Part shown: in pieces, positions 5,187-5,917 of the stretch
Layout: every line of letters starts with the position of its first letter
Numbering within the stretch: the stretch's first letter is position 1
Virus record (IMG/VR): IMGVR_UViG_3300020026_000010
DNA from: a virus
Length of the DNA stretch: 5,917 nt
Strand: one strand, 5' to 3'
Position numbers and translations under genes: made by a program
The notes under the pieces: generated by a model
Seen by the model: the letters and a program-made list of their open reading frames with translations, nothing else
Database searches by the model: none
What the model was told of the DNA's origin: nothing

Positions 5187-5917
5187 ATGGCAAAACAAAG
5201 CTTCATTTCTCATGTCGTGAATGGTTATTCGCGCTATGATGTTCCGGAGTCCAAGGCTTTCACTTGTACTCCTGGTATTTTGTATCCTGTTCGCATCGAT
5301 TTCATCAATGCTCGTGATCGTGTTTCTATTGCCCAGGGCATTGATGTTCGATCAAACCCTCTTGCTGTGCCGTCGTTTAATCCTTACACGGTTCGGCTTC
5401 ATCGTTTTTGGGTCCCTCTGCAGTTGTACCACCCTGAAATGCGGACTAATAGTAGTAAGTTTGATATGAATAACTTGACTTTCAACTGGATTCCGAAGTC
5501 TGGTTATCCCACCACGCCTCTTCCCGCTGTTTTAACTCAGGGTGTTTATTCTAATTCCCTCTTATTTTGGCTTCGTAGTAATCAGCGAACCCTTGCCTAC
5601 CCTCGCTCTGCCTCTGTTGCGTCAAATCCCGTTTCTCTTCCTTCGGATGTTACTGAAACTAATTACATTTCAGCCGATACTTATTTGGCTTATTGGGATA
5701 TCGTTCGCAATTACTATGGTTATAGCCAATGGGGACTCTATTCGATTGCCTGGCCTGCCTCCTGGCAACTTGTTTACACTGAGGATACCTACTCCTTCGA
5801 TTTTAGTTCGACTCCGATGTATTTTACCCAACGTTATGCGTCTTTGGAATACTTAGATGCCTTTTATGAGAGTCAATTTTATCCGTCGGCTGTCACGTCT
5901 TCAAACTCTACGTTTAA
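5187..5917 (+). CDS. VP1: Microviridae major capsid protein (VP1 / F-like), N-terminal part; runs off the window end and continues at 1..1193 through the circular junction
   Basis: This ORF is not in the supplied track because it has no stop before the window end. My own translation from ATG 5187 is stop-free to 5917. It reads MAKQSFISHVVNGYSRYDVPESKAFTCTPGILYPVRIDFINARDRVSIAQGIDVRSNPLAVPSFNPYTVRLHRFWVPLQLYHPEM... and ends ...FDFSSTPMYFTQRYASLEYLDAFYESQFYPSAV. The frame (start = 0 mod 3) matches ORF 21..1193 once the 5,796-nt offset is applied. The joined ORF is 1,803 nt, or 600 aa. The N-terminal pattern (G-x-L-x-P ... R-x-x-P-L-x-x-P ... F-x-V-P-L) resembles the conserved N-terminus of Microviridae capsid proteins. 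The ATG lies 10 nt after the rep stop codon. Confidence 0.85.
   Translation, partial: MAKQSFISHVVNGYSRYDVPESKAFTCTPGILYPVRIDFINARDRVSIAQGIDVRSNPLAVPSFNPYTVRLHRFWVPLQLYHPEMRTNSSKFDMNNLTFNWIPKSGYPTTPLPAVLTQGVYSNSLLFWLRSNQRTLAYPRSASVASNPVSLPSDVTETNYISADTYLAYWDIVRNYYGYSQWGLYSIAWPASWQLVYTEDTYSFDFSSTPMYFTQRYASLEYLDAFYESQFYPSAVTSSNSTF
5797..5917. repeat. Terminal direct repeat, copy 2 (identical to 1..121)
   Basis: Same comparison as for copy 1. Position 5797 corresponds to position 1. Confidence 0.97.

Noticed and set aside
1-5917. A check for CRISPR arrays, rRNA or tRNA genes, integrase or transposase genes, inverted terminal repeats and long tandem repeats
   Set aside because: None was seen. 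The only long repeat is the 121-nt terminal redundancy. No ORF shows recombinase-like size or motifs.

Overview
The window is a complete, circularly permuted genome of a small ssDNA phage of the family Microviridae. It is of the non-phiX type (gokusho-/alpavirus-like). The first 121 nt (1..121) are repeated exactly at 5797..5917, so the true unit is a 5,796-nt circle. The major capsid gene is split across the window ends: it starts at 5187 and ends at 1193. All credible genes are on the + strand and tightly packed. In order they are VP1 major capsid (600 aa across the junction), a 101-aa very acidic protein, and a GC-rich structured intergenic element. These are followed by a 65-aa signal-anchor or lipoprotein-like protein and VP2-like pilot/minor capsid protein (456 aa). 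Next come a T-rich intergenic region with a Bacteroidetes-type promoter match and three unrecognisable small ORFs (87, 100 and 65 aa). The last gene is VP4, a rolling-circle HUH replication initiator (354 aa). I recognise no homologue of the scaffold (VP3), of VP5 or of a J-like DNA-binding protein, and no known lysis gene. The parts most worth follow-up are the small membrane protein, the structured intergenic element, the acidic protein and the ORFan cassette upstream of the rep gene. The long antisense ORFs and most alternative-frame ORFs in the supplied track are explained by the strong bias toward T (and against A) at third codon positions, so I do not call them. All family assignments come from motif recognition by eye. 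No database search was possible.
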